Shown in pieces: positions 1-10,275 of a stretch of DNA of 54,250 bases (the first letter of the stretch is position 1; every line of letters begins with the position of its first letter). A model generated the notes under the pieces. That model made no database searches. It saw only the letters and a program-made list of their open reading frames with translations, and was not told the origin of the DNA. The position numbers and the translations under genes are program-made. Source of the stretch: a virus (lineage: Duplodnaviria > Caudoviricetes); IMG/VR virus record IMGVR_UViG_3300027589_000005, positions 1 through 54,250 of that record; one strand, 5' to 3'.

Positions 1-2238
1 CAGGTTCCCAGCCACACGATCAACAGCGGTGTAGCTGATTCTGCAAGCAGAACCCCTGCTGTAGCCGCGGTTTGTCATCTCCCTGCAGAACTGGTCAAGC
101 TGAGCCTGGAAAGACATCAGCACTGCGTTAGTGAAGGACTGGCCCTGGTAAGGACGTCCAATCTCACGGATACCCTGCATGTGGAAGTTGACACAACGAA
201 TGGTGGAAAGACGAGTATAATCGGAAGAAGGATGCGCGGCGGTCTTGCAAACACCGAAGGTTCTACGGCCAGGAGTTCCTTCCTGGGGCTTCACAAAGAC
301 GATACGAGCATCAGCAAGCTCGGCCTGAATAGCTACCGGGATTAGGATGTTTCTAAAGTCCACAGTCTCAGGAAGCATACCATTCTCGCCGATGGCCTCC
401 ACGTTGGGAGCAAGGGAGAAAACCTTCGCCATGAAGTAACGCGAAGCAGGAGCCTTGTAACCGGTGCCGCCATTCCAACCACTGACGGTCGTACCCCAAG
501 AGCAGTTAACAAAGATGTGCTTGCCAATATCAACTGGCTTCCTACGGGCATCGAGAGCTTCGTCAGCATCAGAGATACCATAAACGTACTTGCCGGCGTT
601 AGGAAGACTTAGGCCCTTGGTAAGGATGAGGCCGCCATAAGCTAGACCATCGTTCGAACCAGGATCCGTCAGCAAGTGGTTACGGTAACCACGACCGGAG
701 ATAGCCTTACCGGAGATCAGCTTGTGACCCAGGACACCAGTGCCGTTGTCGCTTAGAGCGTCAACGAACTTCTCTACACCAGAGATGGTGTACTCGGGAG
801 CACTGCCAAGGTACCTGCGGATAGCCGAAGCGCTGTAGTTGGTGGGCTCCTTGAAGTCGATGATGCCAAGGCAATCCTGCCAACGAACAGACGCTAGGTA
901 GGCAGCAGAAGCAAGCTGGTGAGCAAAGTTAACCTCGCGCAGCTGGACATCGGTAGCAGCATCGAACTTGTCGGACACCACTTCGGGAACAGCATCGCCA
1001 GTCAGATCCTCATGCGTGAGGACATGGCCACCAGCTCCACCAGTCAGGTGAGTGCGGCTGAGCGCAGTCACGACAGTCGTACCGCTACCAGAAACAGAAG
1101 ACTCTAGAAGGGTGTCTGCCGCGACACCATTAGCTAGCGTGAATGCAGCTAGAGCATCATTGATTGCGGCCACTACATCAGTAGCAGTCGAAGTACCAAC
1201 CACACACTCTACGTAGACAAGAAGACCAAAATCAGTCTCGCTAACAGTAACGTCGATCGCAGCACCGTTCACTACTTGAAGCTCACAAGCGTTGCCGCCG
1301 ATACCGTCCTTAAGGGCAGAAACAACAACTGCACCATGAGTGATAGAAGCATTATCAGGCTCAGCCAAAGTCGTAAAGTAATCGTTGGTGTCTGTAAAGT
1401 AAGTGTAGCACTCACCCTGATACACGTACTGCCATACATACCCAAGCTTGTCATTAGCTTCGCCAGCAACGGGCAAACCCTTCCAGAACGCGCCGTAGTC
1501 CAACTCGGTGTCAGCGACGTTAGCGTCATCGATATGTACACCAACGGGGATTAGACCAGCAGCGTCACGATAGGAAAGATTTAGGTAGGCAGTATTGAGC
1601 GCGGCATACTTCTCTACAAGAGAAGCAGAAGAGCCGTCATCACCAGCTACACCAGCAAGGACAGTGACACCATCAGCAAATGGATCCCCATCAGTAATCA
1701 TATCTGCGACATTCACAGCAGTAGAGGGGGAATCAAAATCGTTAGCAGTAAGAGCCACGGAGAACTCTTCCAGGCCAACTACATCGAAACCACTATTGTC
1801 GGTAGTTAGTAGCTCGGAGCTATCGAACACCCACTCTTCCTCGACAGTGTCGTAAATAGCGAGGCGGTTCAAACCACCCGAGTTCTCTACGAACAGAGCG
1901 TAGCGAGAAAGAATGTCACCATCACGAAGAGAAGGAGTGATCGAGATCACTTCATCGCCGTTAGTGATAGTAATGAGACCAGCACGCCCGCCAGTACGCA
2001 TGAGAGCAATGTTGTCTGCTCCACCGGCAACCAATTCATAGGCCGCCTGCATGAGCGTAGAGGTAACACCGAACTTGTTCTCAGCAAGAGACAAGTTGCT
2101 TACCTGGTAGATAGAGCCGGTCGGTCCCTCGGAAGCCGGTCCAAGAACCAGAATGCGGCTCTGAGTAGCAGTACGGGTAGCACCAAAGCTTTCCGTGTAA
2201 GCTGCCACAACTCCGCCGAGTGAATCAAAAGTTGACAT
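1..2238 (-). CDS. Contractile tail sheath protein (3' end runs off the window)
   Basis: Absent from the ORF track, consistent with running off the window edge. ATG at 2238 with an AGGAG RBS. Manual translation of the N-terminus gives ILVLGPASEGP...AENKFG...AAYELVAGGADNIALMRTGG, and near the edge DYTRLSTIRCVN...IREIGRPYQG. Both are typical of sheath proteins, and the gene follows the neck genes. Confidence 0.85.
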   Translation of the reverse strand, partial: MSTFDSLGGVVAAYTESFGATRTATQSRILVLGPASEGPTGSIYQVSNLSLAENKFGVTSTLMQAAYELVAGGADNIALMRTGGRAGLITITNGDEVISITPSLRDGDILSRYALFVENSGGLNRLAIYDTVEEEWVFDSSELLTTDNSGFDVVGLEEFSVALTANDFDSPSTAVNVADMITDGDPFADGVTVLAGVAGDDGSSASLVEKYAALNTAYLNLSYRDAAGLIPVGVHIDDANVADTELDYGAFWKGLPVAGEANDKLGYVWQYVYQGECYTYFTDTNDYFTTLAEPDNASITHGAVVVSALKDGIGGNACELQVVNGAAIDVTVSETDFGLLVYVECVVGTSTATDVVAAINDALAAFTLANGVAADTLLESSVSGSGTTVVTALSRTHLTGGAGGHVLTHEDLTGDAVPEVVSDKFDAATDVQLREVNFAHQLASAAYLASVRWQDCLGIIDFKEPTNYSASAIRRYLGSAPEYTISGVEKFVDALSDNGTGVLGHKLISGKAISGRGYRNHLLTDPGSNDGLAYGGLILTKGLSLPNAGKYVYGISDADEALDARRKPVDIGKHIFVNCSWGTTVSGWNGGTGYKAPASRYFMAKVFSLAPNVEAIGENGMLPETVDFRNILIPVAIQAELADARIVFVKPQEGTPGRRTFGVCKTAAHPSSDYTRLSTIRCVNFHMQGIREIGRPYQGQSFTNAVLMSFQAQLDQFCREMTNRGYSRGSACRISYTAVDRVAGNL

Positions 2239-2249
2239 ATTAAGACTCC

Positions 2250-2999
2250 TTATTCGTTAACATTATTGTAGATTCCGCCAGTAGCGAAGATGTTCTTAAT
2301 CTCAGGTTCGATATCAATCTGAACTTCTGTCAAACGAACAAAGAACCTCAAGCATCGTTCATATACTGGCTGCCCTGCTGTAGTACGATAATTATCTGCA
2401 CTTCTATACTCAAAGTAGAAACGCTCTACACCCGCTACCTTGAAGACCCAAGCGTAGTTGACGAACAACCGCTCAAGCCATAAGGCTCTCTCACTTGCCA
2501 CACTGGCAATTCTAGAATAGCAAGTGAATTCCACTACATGGTCAATGGGACGGGTTTTAATTGAAAGAACTTTGTTCGGGAACTGTGGTGATCTGACTTC
2601 TCTGTGGAACATGCTTTCTCTTTGAGGTCTGCCTGTTCCGTTAGAGTCCATTTTCCCTGGTTCGCGTCTTACTAGCTTATGTGTGATCACTTCACCATCG
2701 AAATGAGCGAAGTCAGTATCTACGTAATCGCCAACCATCTTTACGTATTTACTTGAGTCGTTTGAGCTTAGGCTTTGTCCGAACTCAATCAACTCTTCTG
2801 CTACTTCAAAGAACTTCTCTAGACTACATACCCCCTGTGGAGCGTAGTCTTTAGGATCAAATCCTTTTGGGCCGTTAAGGAAGACAGCGTTCTCGAGAGA
2901 GTTGACGCTCTTCCCTCCATCTACCAATGTTCCAATTACTACATCTCCTGCTAGGAGTGCAGCTTTTAGATTGGTTAGGGTTTTGGCTACTTCACTCAT
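2250..2999 (-). CDS. Virion structural protein, probable tail completion/terminator
   Basis: 249-aa ORF directly upstream of the sheath gene and overlapping its other neighbour. Function inferred from position only. Confidence 0.5.
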   Translation of the reverse strand: MSEVAKTLTNLKAALLAGDVVIGTLVDGGKSVNSLENAVFLNGPKGFDPKDYAPQGVCSLEKFFEVAEELIEFGQSLSSNDSSKYVKMVGDYVDTDFAHFDGEVITHKLVRREPGKMDSNGTGRPQRESMFHREVRSPQFPNKVLSIKTRPIDHVVEFTCYSRIASVASERALWLERLFVNYAWVFKVAGVERFYFEYRSADNYRTTAGQPVYERCLRFFVRLTEVQIDIEPEIKNIFATGGIYNNVNE

Positions 3000-3597
3000 T
3001 TGGGTTTGTATTCCTTATTGCATCTTCGGCTCTACAGTAGACAGCGTAGTATTCTAGTCTGCCATTGTCTGAGCGCATCTCAGCAATCGTTTGAGGCTTA
3101 TGTACCTCTTTTCTAATGAAAGAATTCTTGGTGGATGATAACTGAACTTTTCCTTCTTCATCAAGACGAACCTCTACAATTTTGTCCCCATACTTGATTC
3201 CAACATCATATCTGAGGAAGAAGAGCTTGTAGTTTCCTTTGATGTTACCAGATGGCATCCGGACATATGTGTCAGACTTCCCACCCTCGGATGAAGTGTA
3301 CATTGCGTAGCCAATGTGCCATTCTTCATCCCAAAGAAATCCTTCTCCCTGACAATATACACAATCTCTTTTCCCTTGTCTGTGCGGATCGTTAACTGAG
3401 CACGTACAAAATACAGGTTCTCCGTTTTCTTGTCGGCGCATCCTACGAAGAATCATTGGATGCCCGTGACGAATCTTTTCTCCAATACCAAGAATGAGTT
3501 TATCAAACTCTTCTCTTAGATCGATTTCTCCAGTGAATGTTTTGGGATCGATTGTTTTAGCGCCAGCCTTCTTAGGTAGGAGCGAAGGATGCTTCAT
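2992..3597 (-). CDS. Probable neck/head-closure protein with Zn-binding motif
   Basis: 201 aa with CTC...CVYCQG; lies between the capsid and sheath genes; ATGA coupling to the upstream gene. Confidence 0.55.
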   Translation of the reverse strand: MKHPSLLPKKAGAKTIDPKTFTGEIDLREEFDKLILGIGEKIRHGHPMILRRMRRQENGEPVFCTCSVNDPHRQGKRDCVYCQGEGFLWDEEWHIGYAMYTSSEGGKSDTYVRMPSGNIKGNYKLFFLRYDVGIKYGDKIVEVRLDEEGKVQLSSTKNSFIRKEVHKPQTIAEMRSDNGRLEYYAVYCRAEDAIRNTNPNE

Positions 3598-4682
3598 CTC
3601 CTTCTCCTAGGGGCAAACGGATACTCGTAAAGCCCATTATAGTTTAGGCGCTCTCTCATTCGTTCTCGTCCGTACTGATCGTAGGATGTGCCTCTCCCAT
3701 TGACTGTTGGTAGCCCGTAGGGATCAAATGCTGGGTTCTCCCACAACCGTCCAATCGCAATCCTGTCTGGAGATTCTTCGCCGGGCTTTGCTGTAACAGG
3801 CCCCAACCCTTCACCAGGTACGATATTGCCACCTGCGTTAACCACTCTCCACCACTCGCGCCTCTGGCTTCTGAGCCATTCCAAAGTATCCTTATCGACA
3901 GCAGCAGTATTAAGCCCCCGCTTATCAATAACCAAATCCCCCAAAGCTTTCTTCCCAAGGCCGACAGTTTCAAGAGCATTGAGTAGGCCTCCTCCTGGCA
4001 TTACAGCCAAGCGCAGGGCTGTATCGTAGATACAGAATTTGGTTCTTGCCATTGAGAAATGGGCGTCTTTATAAGCATTACCTTTGCTGATGAAGTCACA
4101 TTCTTTAGATGACCAGTGAAGCATTAGAGCGATTGTGTCGTCGGGAAAAGATTCAATCCATCGCCCAAGCTCCAACCTAACTAGGTTAGGAGAACAATAG
4201 AGCGGGGAGTAGTTCGTAGTGAAGTACAGCTGCACGTCTTCTTGTAGTACGTGCTCTGTAACAAGAGCCGTGATCTCTTTAGCCAGTTCAACAACGATCA
4301 TCGTATTGTTGCCAATGTTTTGATTGTCAGCGTCTAGCCCAGCATTCACTTTGAACTGCAAAAGCTCGAATGTATGTACTGAGTCAACCGTACACACCCA
4401 AACATCAAACCAAGTACCTTCAGCTGTTCCAGAGGGTACTTCATATTCAAGTTTATAGTAGCCGGTAGAGATACGAGTGGCAGCGAATGAAGAAGCCGCG
4501 CCCGAATAATCTTCCTCGCTAACGGCCAACTCAACTTCTTCATACAGAGCTTCTGGATCATACAAGTAAACATCTGGAAGACCATCAGGATCTTTCAGAG
4601 CCCCAGCATCATCCGTAAAAACAGCATAAAGAGTAATGGTGTCTCCAGCAGAACCTCCGGTTTGTCTATTGTAGAACATCAC
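3594..4682 (-). CDS. Probable head-tail connector/neck protein with beta-rich N-terminal domain
   Basis: 362 aa; the N-terminus (GDTITLYAVF...STGYYKLEY...GTWFDVW) looks Ig-like; GGAGG RBS; operon position. Confidence 0.5.
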   Translation of the reverse strand: MMFYNRQTGGSAGDTITLYAVFTDDAGALKDPDGLPDVYLYDPEALYEEVELAVSEEDYSGAASSFAATRISTGYYKLEYEVPSGTAEGTWFDVWVCTVDSVHTFELLQFKVNAGLDADNQNIGNNTMIVVELAKEITALVTEHVLQEDVQLYFTTNYSPLYCSPNLVRLELGRWIESFPDDTIALMLHWSSKECDFISKGNAYKDAHFSMARTKFCIYDTALRLAVMPGGGLLNALETVGLGKKALGDLVIDKRGLNTAAVDKDTLEWLRSQRREWWRVVNAGGNIVPGEGLGPVTAKPGEESPDRIAIGRLWENPAFDPYGLPTVNGRGTSYDQYGRERMRERLNYNGLYEYPFAPRRRR

Positions 4683-4688
4683 ACCTCC

Positions 4689-5795
4689 TTAGAATTTGAG
4701 GATGAGCATATTACCATCCACTTCATATTCGTACCTTAACTGTTTAGGTTCGTATGTATTTTGGTAGTGCCCGTCTACGTGAGCCTTCCAGAGCTTCACT
4801 GTTTCTTCAGTGATTGTTTCTGGATCGATGTCTTCAGAGAAGTAAATCTTGATAATCCTTAGCCCGTTACGCACGTTGTAAGACGTATGCTCGGGATCCA
4901 TTTCTAATACCTCCAGGTAGGTTGCCTCTGTCTCTAGGATCGTTTCTGGGACCGTAGAAGCGGGCACAGAGGGTTCCGTGGGTGCGGTGGTCCAACTCCC
5001 ATCGTTAGTTGTGAAGCCGATAGAGAAGGAACCGGCCATTCTCTCCTTCTCATGGACGAAGAAAGTATACTCGTCATCTTCTACAAAGGAGGAGCCGCCA
5101 AACCTAACTTGGATCCCATCTACTAAATTCCTATATCTACGGGCAGTCATATTACCTGTACGAGCAGTACCAACTCCCCTAGACTCATACCACCACTTGT
5201 AAGTAGCTGTGCCTGGGTTACCATCTGTAGTCATCTTGATATGTAGAGTATCACTCCCTGTACCACTCCAAGTACCAGCTACATGGACTCTGCCATCTGT
5301 AGAGGCATTACTTGGATTTGGAACCACATCGTAAAGTGTGCGCGCCGACACACCAACTAGCCCAGTAGACTCAGTATCCCCATTAATATACAGGGTATAA
5401 ACCATCTCCGGAGCCAAGGCACCACCTTCAGGTACGATACTGACCAACGAACCAAGCCGAGCAATATCTTCCCCAGCTCTATCAACTACAGAAGTATCTA
5501 CAGGAGTGCGAGTCGCATCTTCAGTATCGTACATCTGGAATGTAAACTTCAGTGGCACAGTGCCACTGAATCCAGGAGACTTCATAAAGTACTTGCCATC
5601 GCCCAACACAGGAGCCGTTAGAGTAGATATGGCGGCGCCAACTACTCGATCGCGCACCTTACCAACCAAGATAACTGAAGATTTAAGACGCTCGGGATCT
5701 ACCAAGTTAGAGAACGCAAGAACGATAGCTTCTCCTACCGGCACGTTGCTGTCTCCGTCTGATGGAAAATTGTAAAGTAGTTCAGGTACAGCCAT
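4689..5795 (-). CDS. Virion protein with Ig-like (Big_5/SbsA-type) domains
   Basis: FPSDGDSNVPVGEAIVLAFS and MDPEHTSYNV...IKIYFSEDIDPETI resemble Big_5 domain starts. Confidence 0.65.
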   Translation of the reverse strand: MAVPELLYNFPSDGDSNVPVGEAIVLAFSNLVDPERLKSSVILVGKVRDRVVGAAISTLTAPVLGDGKYFMKSPGFSGTVPLKFTFQMYDTEDATRTPVDTSVVDRAGEDIARLGSLVSIVPEGGALAPEMVYTLYINGDTESTGLVGVSARTLYDVVPNPSNASTDGRVHVAGTWSGTGSDTLHIKMTTDGNPGTATYKWWYESRGVGTARTGNMTARRYRNLVDGIQVRFGGSSFVEDDEYTFFVHEKERMAGSFSIGFTTNDGSWTTAPTEPSVPASTVPETILETEATYLEVLEMDPEHTSYNVRNGLRIIKIYFSEDIDPETITEETVKLWKAHVDGHYQNTYEPKQLRYEYEVDGNMLILKF

Positions 5796-5980
5796 TAGAT
5801 CTTACCCCTCAAGTCAATACGAAGAACCTCGGTCTCTTCATCAATGACTTCTGAAATGCTAATTCCTTTAGCAATAGCCTTCTCTTGACGTTCAATCTGT
5901 TTCCCTTTTTCCACCAAGCGCATAATATAAGCAACCATCTCTTGATCGATTTTATCTTTGTCTTTGGCGTCAGAACTCAT
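5795..5980 (-). CDS. Small hypothetical protein
   Basis: ATG at 5980 after a GGAG RBS; stop codon overlaps the next start. Confidence 0.55.
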   Translation of the reverse strand: MSSDAKDKDKIDQEMVAYIMRLVEKGKQIERQEKAIAKGISISEVIDEETEVLRIDLRGKI

Positions 5981-5999
5981 TGATATCTCCTGCAAATAG

Positions 6000-6022
6000 A
6001 AAAAGGGGGACGAATCCCCCTT
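6000..6022 (-). terminator. Intrinsic terminator after the major capsid gene
   Basis: Minus strand reads GGGGGA-TTCG-TCCCCC followed by TTTTT. Confidence 0.8.
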
Positions 6023-6053
6023 AGTCTACAGTCTAGTTAGACTATCGTCTAGC

Positions 6054-7346
6054 TTAGACTACAGGAGTGGTGCTGGAGATCTCGCTAACCGAGACAGCCT
6101 CAGTGTGCACCGCACCATCCCAGTAGTTACGTACCGTGACAGCGTTCTTGATGACACCAACACCCAGACCCTCAACAGCCAGAGCAAAGCCGTAGCGCTC
6201 GCGCAGGCGGACGTTGATGATGTCGCGCTCGTAGTCGAACCACTCAGCCTTGGTCTCGCCCTCGTCCTCTAGCAGGAAGCCAACGTTGCCGCTGGAGACC
6301 AGGTAGATGTCAGAGAGACCAGTGGTGGAGTCGTAAGGAACCTCGGGGCAAGGAACAATCCTCAAGCCCTTGGGACCATAACCGGGGAGCACGGGAGCAG
6401 AGTTAGCCGCCCAAGCGATCGAGTTGAAGTCGCCACTCGGATCAGCGCCGCTCGCAGCACCAATAGGAGTAACAAGACGACCACGAGCAGGACCCATAGC
6501 GCCCCAACCCCAGGGATCAAGAGGACCCGGGTTACCAGTCTTCTGACCGAAGTAAGAGCCACCAGTCCCGTTCAGGAACAGGTTGCGCATGACGGGATCA
6601 TGCTCCCACATCATGTAGGTCATGGGGTGAACAAGAGCTACGTCATAGATATAGCCCTGCTCAGCGGAGTGACCGAGAGCCTTGAAGAGGTCGTCCATGA
6701 CACAAGCGCCGTTCGCGGCCATATCCAACCCACGACCGCTTAGGACACCAAACAGCGAGGAGGTAGGATCAGCGTTGTCGAACAGAGGAACACCCAGGCT
6801 ACGAAGGAACGCAATAGCCTTACGCTCCTTGTGGCGCTTGAGGGCCTGGCTCATCATGCGCAGGTTGATACCCATCAGGTCCCAAGTAGAGTAGCGAAGA
6901 GCTTCCTCGGTGAAGGAGGCCTCAATACCGGACTTGCCGATAACGGCAGTCTGCATACCGCCACCCAGAGTGAACATCGCCTTGGGGTAGGTACCGCGCT
7001 CACCGACATCCGCAGCGTGGAATGCACCACCCAGCGCACCAGCGAGAACCTGAGTCGTCATGCCCTTAGCAGCGACGCGGTTGAACATACCAGCAACCAT
7101 CATCATCGGCTCTACGGGCTCACGCATCATGATCTCAATAGAAGAAGAGAGCAGAGGACGAATGTTAGAGCTGGAAACGGTGTCACGAAGGGTAGTGACT
7201 AGAGAGCCCCAATCAAGAGGAGTCTCCTCACCAGCCACGCGACCAGAGTTAGTAAAAGCATCGTATAGCTTCTTCGCATCTTCCTGGCTGTCCTCGTTAA
7301 AGGGCATGTCGCCAGCGTTGTCTCGAAGCTTAAGGTTGAAAGCCAT
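6054..7346 (-). CDS. Major capsid protein (HK97 fold)
   Basis: 430 aa; ADVGERGTYP, KSGIEASFTEEAL, ALVHPMTY and INVRLRERYGFA fit the usual HK97 layout; strong codon bias; followed by a terminator. Confidence 0.85.
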   Translation of the reverse strand: MAFNLKLRDNAGDMPFNEDSQEDAKKLYDAFTNSGRVAGEETPLDWGSLVTTLRDTVSSSNIRPLLSSSIEIMMREPVEPMMMVAGMFNRVAAKGMTTQVLAGALGGAFHAADVGERGTYPKAMFTLGGGMQTAVIGKSGIEASFTEEALRYSTWDLMGINLRMMSQALKRHKERKAIAFLRSLGVPLFDNADPTSSLFGVLSGRGLDMAANGACVMDDLFKALGHSAEQGYIYDVALVHPMTYMMWEHDPVMRNLFLNGTGGSYFGQKTGNPGPLDPWGWGAMGPARGRLVTPIGAASGADPSGDFNSIAWAANSAPVLPGYGPKGLRIVPCPEVPYDSTTGLSDIYLVSSGNVGFLLEDEGETKAEWFDYERDIINVRLRERYGFALAVEGLGVGVIKNAVTVRNYWDGAVHTEAVSVSEISSTTPVV

Positions 7347-7376
7347 GGTTAATCTCCTAAACTTTATTGATATTGA

Positions 7377-8714
7377 TTAGAGGAAACGCAGGGTCAGGAT
7401 GGCGTGGCGATCAGCAACGGTCGACTCAGCCTTCATGATACCATCGGAGAAGCCCTTGGTAGCGGTTCCTGGCATACGGGCGGTGGCGGGAATGGACTGG
7501 GTGCGGGGCTCAGTAGCACTCTTCACCTTGTCCATCAACGCGTAGGGCTCGTACTCAGCAAAGTTCAGGAAGCCGAAGTTCGCAACACCACTGAAGATAT
7601 CGCTAGCAGAACCGGACTTAACGAAGTTGCCCTTCTTGTCGATACCGATACGTGCGCCGGGCTGGGCGACACCCTCGAAGTAAACGTAACGCTGGGAACT
7701 AGCAGCAGTACCCAAGGCGTAAACGTAGAAGCTCACGTTGAACACAGTGCTGTCGGCCACAAGAGTGTCCCAGACATCGGAGTGAATGAAGAGCACGCCC
7801 TGCTCAAAGTCGATGTAGTAGTCGCCCTCAGAGCGGATAGCTGCAGGAGAGGTCTTTGCCTTCACAAGCACAGAGGCGTCATCACAAGAGAACGTGGTCC
7901 GCTCCGTAACGTGAGCCACTTCACCTTGAGATAGCTTCAGACCAACAACGGGTTTGGAAGCAGTGACGCCCATAAGGGAGTAACGGGTTAGCGAGGCGAG
8001 AGCCGTAGCATTCCAGACCTCGCCAGCAGCCATTACAACACCGGCAGCGGCAGCAGAGCTGGTGACGGTGGTAGCGCCAGAGTCAGCATCGAACTCATCA
8101 GTGACAAGCGAGGCACCAATCCGGTGAGGAAGGTCGAGCATCATCTCAGTGATGAACTGAACGTTGGACTGCTTCAGGTAGTTGGTGAAAGCCTGATCGC
8201 CGTTTTCAGCCTTGCCGCCATACTTGAAGTAATCATAGGGGGCCAGACCGACAGGCAAAGACACGAAAGCAGCGAAGACAGCCTTGCAAGTAGCGAGGTT
8301 GCTAACTGCAGCCAAGCTAGAGGGGACCAAACCACGCTCTCTCAGAGCCTTCGCAACCACTTCGGCGGTGTAGCTTACTGCCGCAGCAACAGGAAGACCG
8401 GTAACTAGATCCTGTACCTTCCAGGTCACGTCAGTGGCCGTGTAGGTAAGGCAAGTCTCGCTCGTGGCAGCAACAGTGCTGACGAAGTAGTAGAACGAGG
8501 AAGGAATCAGGTCACCCTGGCTGTCAAAGGAAACAGGCTTGCCCTTGGAGATAACAAAGGCGTCCGAACCCGCATCACGATTGGTGTCAACCCACACAAC
8601 GGGCAGCCACTTGGCAGGAATGTAAGTACCCTGGGGCAGGATAACGTTCTCATTCCGGAAGTTCTCAGGGGTGATATCTCCAAAGAAGTCATCCCTACGT
8701 AGAAAGTCACTCAT
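7377..8714 (-). CDS. Abundant head structural/decoration protein
   Basis: 445 aa between the protease and capsid genes, with similar codon bias and an AAGGAG RBS. Confidence 0.6.
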   Translation of the reverse strand: MSDFLRRDDFFGDITPENFRNENVILPQGTYIPAKWLPVVWVDTNRDAGSDAFVISKGKPVSFDSQGDLIPSSFYYFVSTVAATSETCLTYTATDVTWKVQDLVTGLPVAAAVSYTAEVVAKALRERGLVPSSLAAVSNLATCKAVFAAFVSLPVGLAPYDYFKYGGKAENGDQAFTNYLKQSNVQFITEMMLDLPHRIGASLVTDEFDADSGATTVTSSAAAAGVVMAAGEVWNATALASLTRYSLMGVTASKPVVGLKLSQGEVAHVTERTTFSCDDASVLVKAKTSPAAIRSEGDYYIDFEQGVLFIHSDVWDTLVADSTVFNVSFYVYALGTAASSQRYVYFEGVAQPGARIGIDKKGNFVKSGSASDIFSGVANFGFLNFAEYEPYALMDKVKSATEPRTQSIPATARMPGTATKGFSDGIMKAESTVADRHAILTLRFL

Positions 8715-8733
8715 TTTGTTTACTCCTTAAATC

Positions 8734-10275
8734 TTAGATGTAAAGACTGGGGTCAAAGTTTGTCGGCACATATCCAGCAGCCTTGATGCTTAGAAGGTAA
8801 GAGCCTGCAGCTCGACCTCCTTTAGTCTTCAAGATATTCTGGTACTTCCCAACATAGTATTCAAAGCGCGAATCCTTGAGGGTCGTTTTACCAGCATCGC
8901 TTGTGTTCAAGCCAGGGGTACCGCTCTCACTAGGATTTTCAACAGTTTCTTGTTCTTTAACATTCTCGGTAGAAGTGTCTTTTGCGTCAAGTCCTTCCGC
9001 ATCAGAAACCGAGTTTTTTTCCTCTTTTGTATCTTCCACTTCTTTCTTGGAGTCAGAAAGCAAACGCGCATAATCTTGCTTGATTGCTTCTAGCTGATCC
9101 TTCAAAGACTGGATCTCTGCCTTAAGGGCCTCATCCGATACAACCTTGGTAAAATACTCTTCGGCCTTGGCTAGAGAATCACTCAGAGCCTCACGTTCAA
9201 CCTTACAGTCAAACAGATCAAGCATCTCCTTGACTCCCTCAAGGTCTTCTACACAATAGACCATGAGCTCTTCAGAGTCTGCTACCAAAGCAAAGCCCGT
9301 AGAAGTAGCATCCTTGGTGGTCTTGAATCTCTTTTGATACGCCGTGTCAAGCTTGCTAAACGAAGGCTTGGCAGCCTCCTGCGCAGTCTCAACGGGCTTA
9401 GCCATACGGGCAGCTACTTTCTCTACAATAGAGTTGAGCGCCTCTTCGCTAATGTCCATGATTTCATCTCCTGGTAGTTCGTTATAGGTAGCTTCGTAAG
9501 AAATATCTTCCAAGTCAAAGAAATTCACTTCTTCGACTTCTCCGTTCTCACTATCTTCAAATGAAATGTTGAAAACAACAGAGGTGTCATTCCCAGGAGT
9601 ATTTACTGTGGAGACTTCTTTTCCATAAAGATTCCCGCAGATCATTACAGGGATGTTACCTTTCTTGTCCTTCATACCATGTTTGTGTTGGCATTTCTGT
9701 CCCTGCATTCTGTCAGCGCCACACTCTCCACAAGCGTATGAGTCTGTATCTGAAGATTGCGAGAAGGTCAGGTAACGCTCATCTAGAATCTTTTCTGCAG
9801 CATTACGGTCCTTGATGTCTAGAGTGGCCACAAGGTCACCTAGCCCCGGCCAACTCCTGTCATTGAGAAGCCGATAACGGTTCATAATCTGCTGTACTTC
9901 TTTAGGAGTACCGTTGTTCACTACATGAACAAACTCTTTATACTCTTTGTCTGTAGTGAAGAACTTCTTTGCCGCTGGGTTCGCCTTCCATTCCACCGAT
10001 CGGATTCTGCCAATAGGCTCCGAGTTCTCATTGTGGTTGATTAGGATTGGCTTTTTGTAGGGTTTAGTCCAAGAATCGATACCGCCAATATGGCCGCTAG
10101 GACGATAAATGCGCTTGTTAATCATCTTGGCTGAAGTAGATAGGACGATATCTACCGACAAACCCTTCTTACTTCCGCGGGCTTCATCAAATAGGAAATC
10201 TAGGATTTCCCCGGTATCCTTATCTGCTAGCTCAGGGAACCGAGCAGATACAACATCAATAAGGTTACTCTTCAT
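8734..10275 (-). CDS. Prohead protease with C-terminal scaffold-like region
   Basis: KPILINHN...PIGRI, YLTFSQS, CxxC..C.H and EVSTVNTPG, then an acidic coiled-coil tail. Start moved to MKSNL (GGAGG RBS). Confidence 0.8.
   Translation of the reverse strand: MKSNLIDVVSARFPELADKDTGEILDFLFDEARGSKKGLSVDIVLSTSAKMINKRIYRPSGHIGGIDSWTKPYKKPILINHNENSEPIGRIRSVEWKANPAAKKFFTTDKEYKEFVHVVNNGTPKEVQQIMNRYRLLNDRSWPGLGDLVATLDIKDRNAAEKILDERYLTFSQSSDTDSYACGECGADRMQGQKCQHKHGMKDKKGNIPVMICGNLYGKEVSTVNTPGNDTSVVFNISFEDSENGEVEEVNFFDLEDISYEATYNELPGDEIMDISEEALNSIVEKVAARMAKPVETAQEAAKPSFSKLDTAYQKRFKTTKDATSTGFALVADSEELMVYCVEDLEGVKEMLDLFDCKVEREALSDSLAKAEEYFTKVVSDEALKAEIQSLKDQLEAIKQDYARLLSDSKKEVEDTKEEKNSVSDAEGLDAKDTSTENVKEQETVENPSESGTPGLNTSDAGKTTLKDSRFEYYVGKYQNILKTKGGRAAGSYLLSIKAAGYVPTNFDPSLYI

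Noticed and set aside
6022-6062. Cluster of AGTCTA/TAGACT words after the capsid stop codon
   Set aside because: Short and seen at one locus only; explainable as a small hairpin before the terminator.
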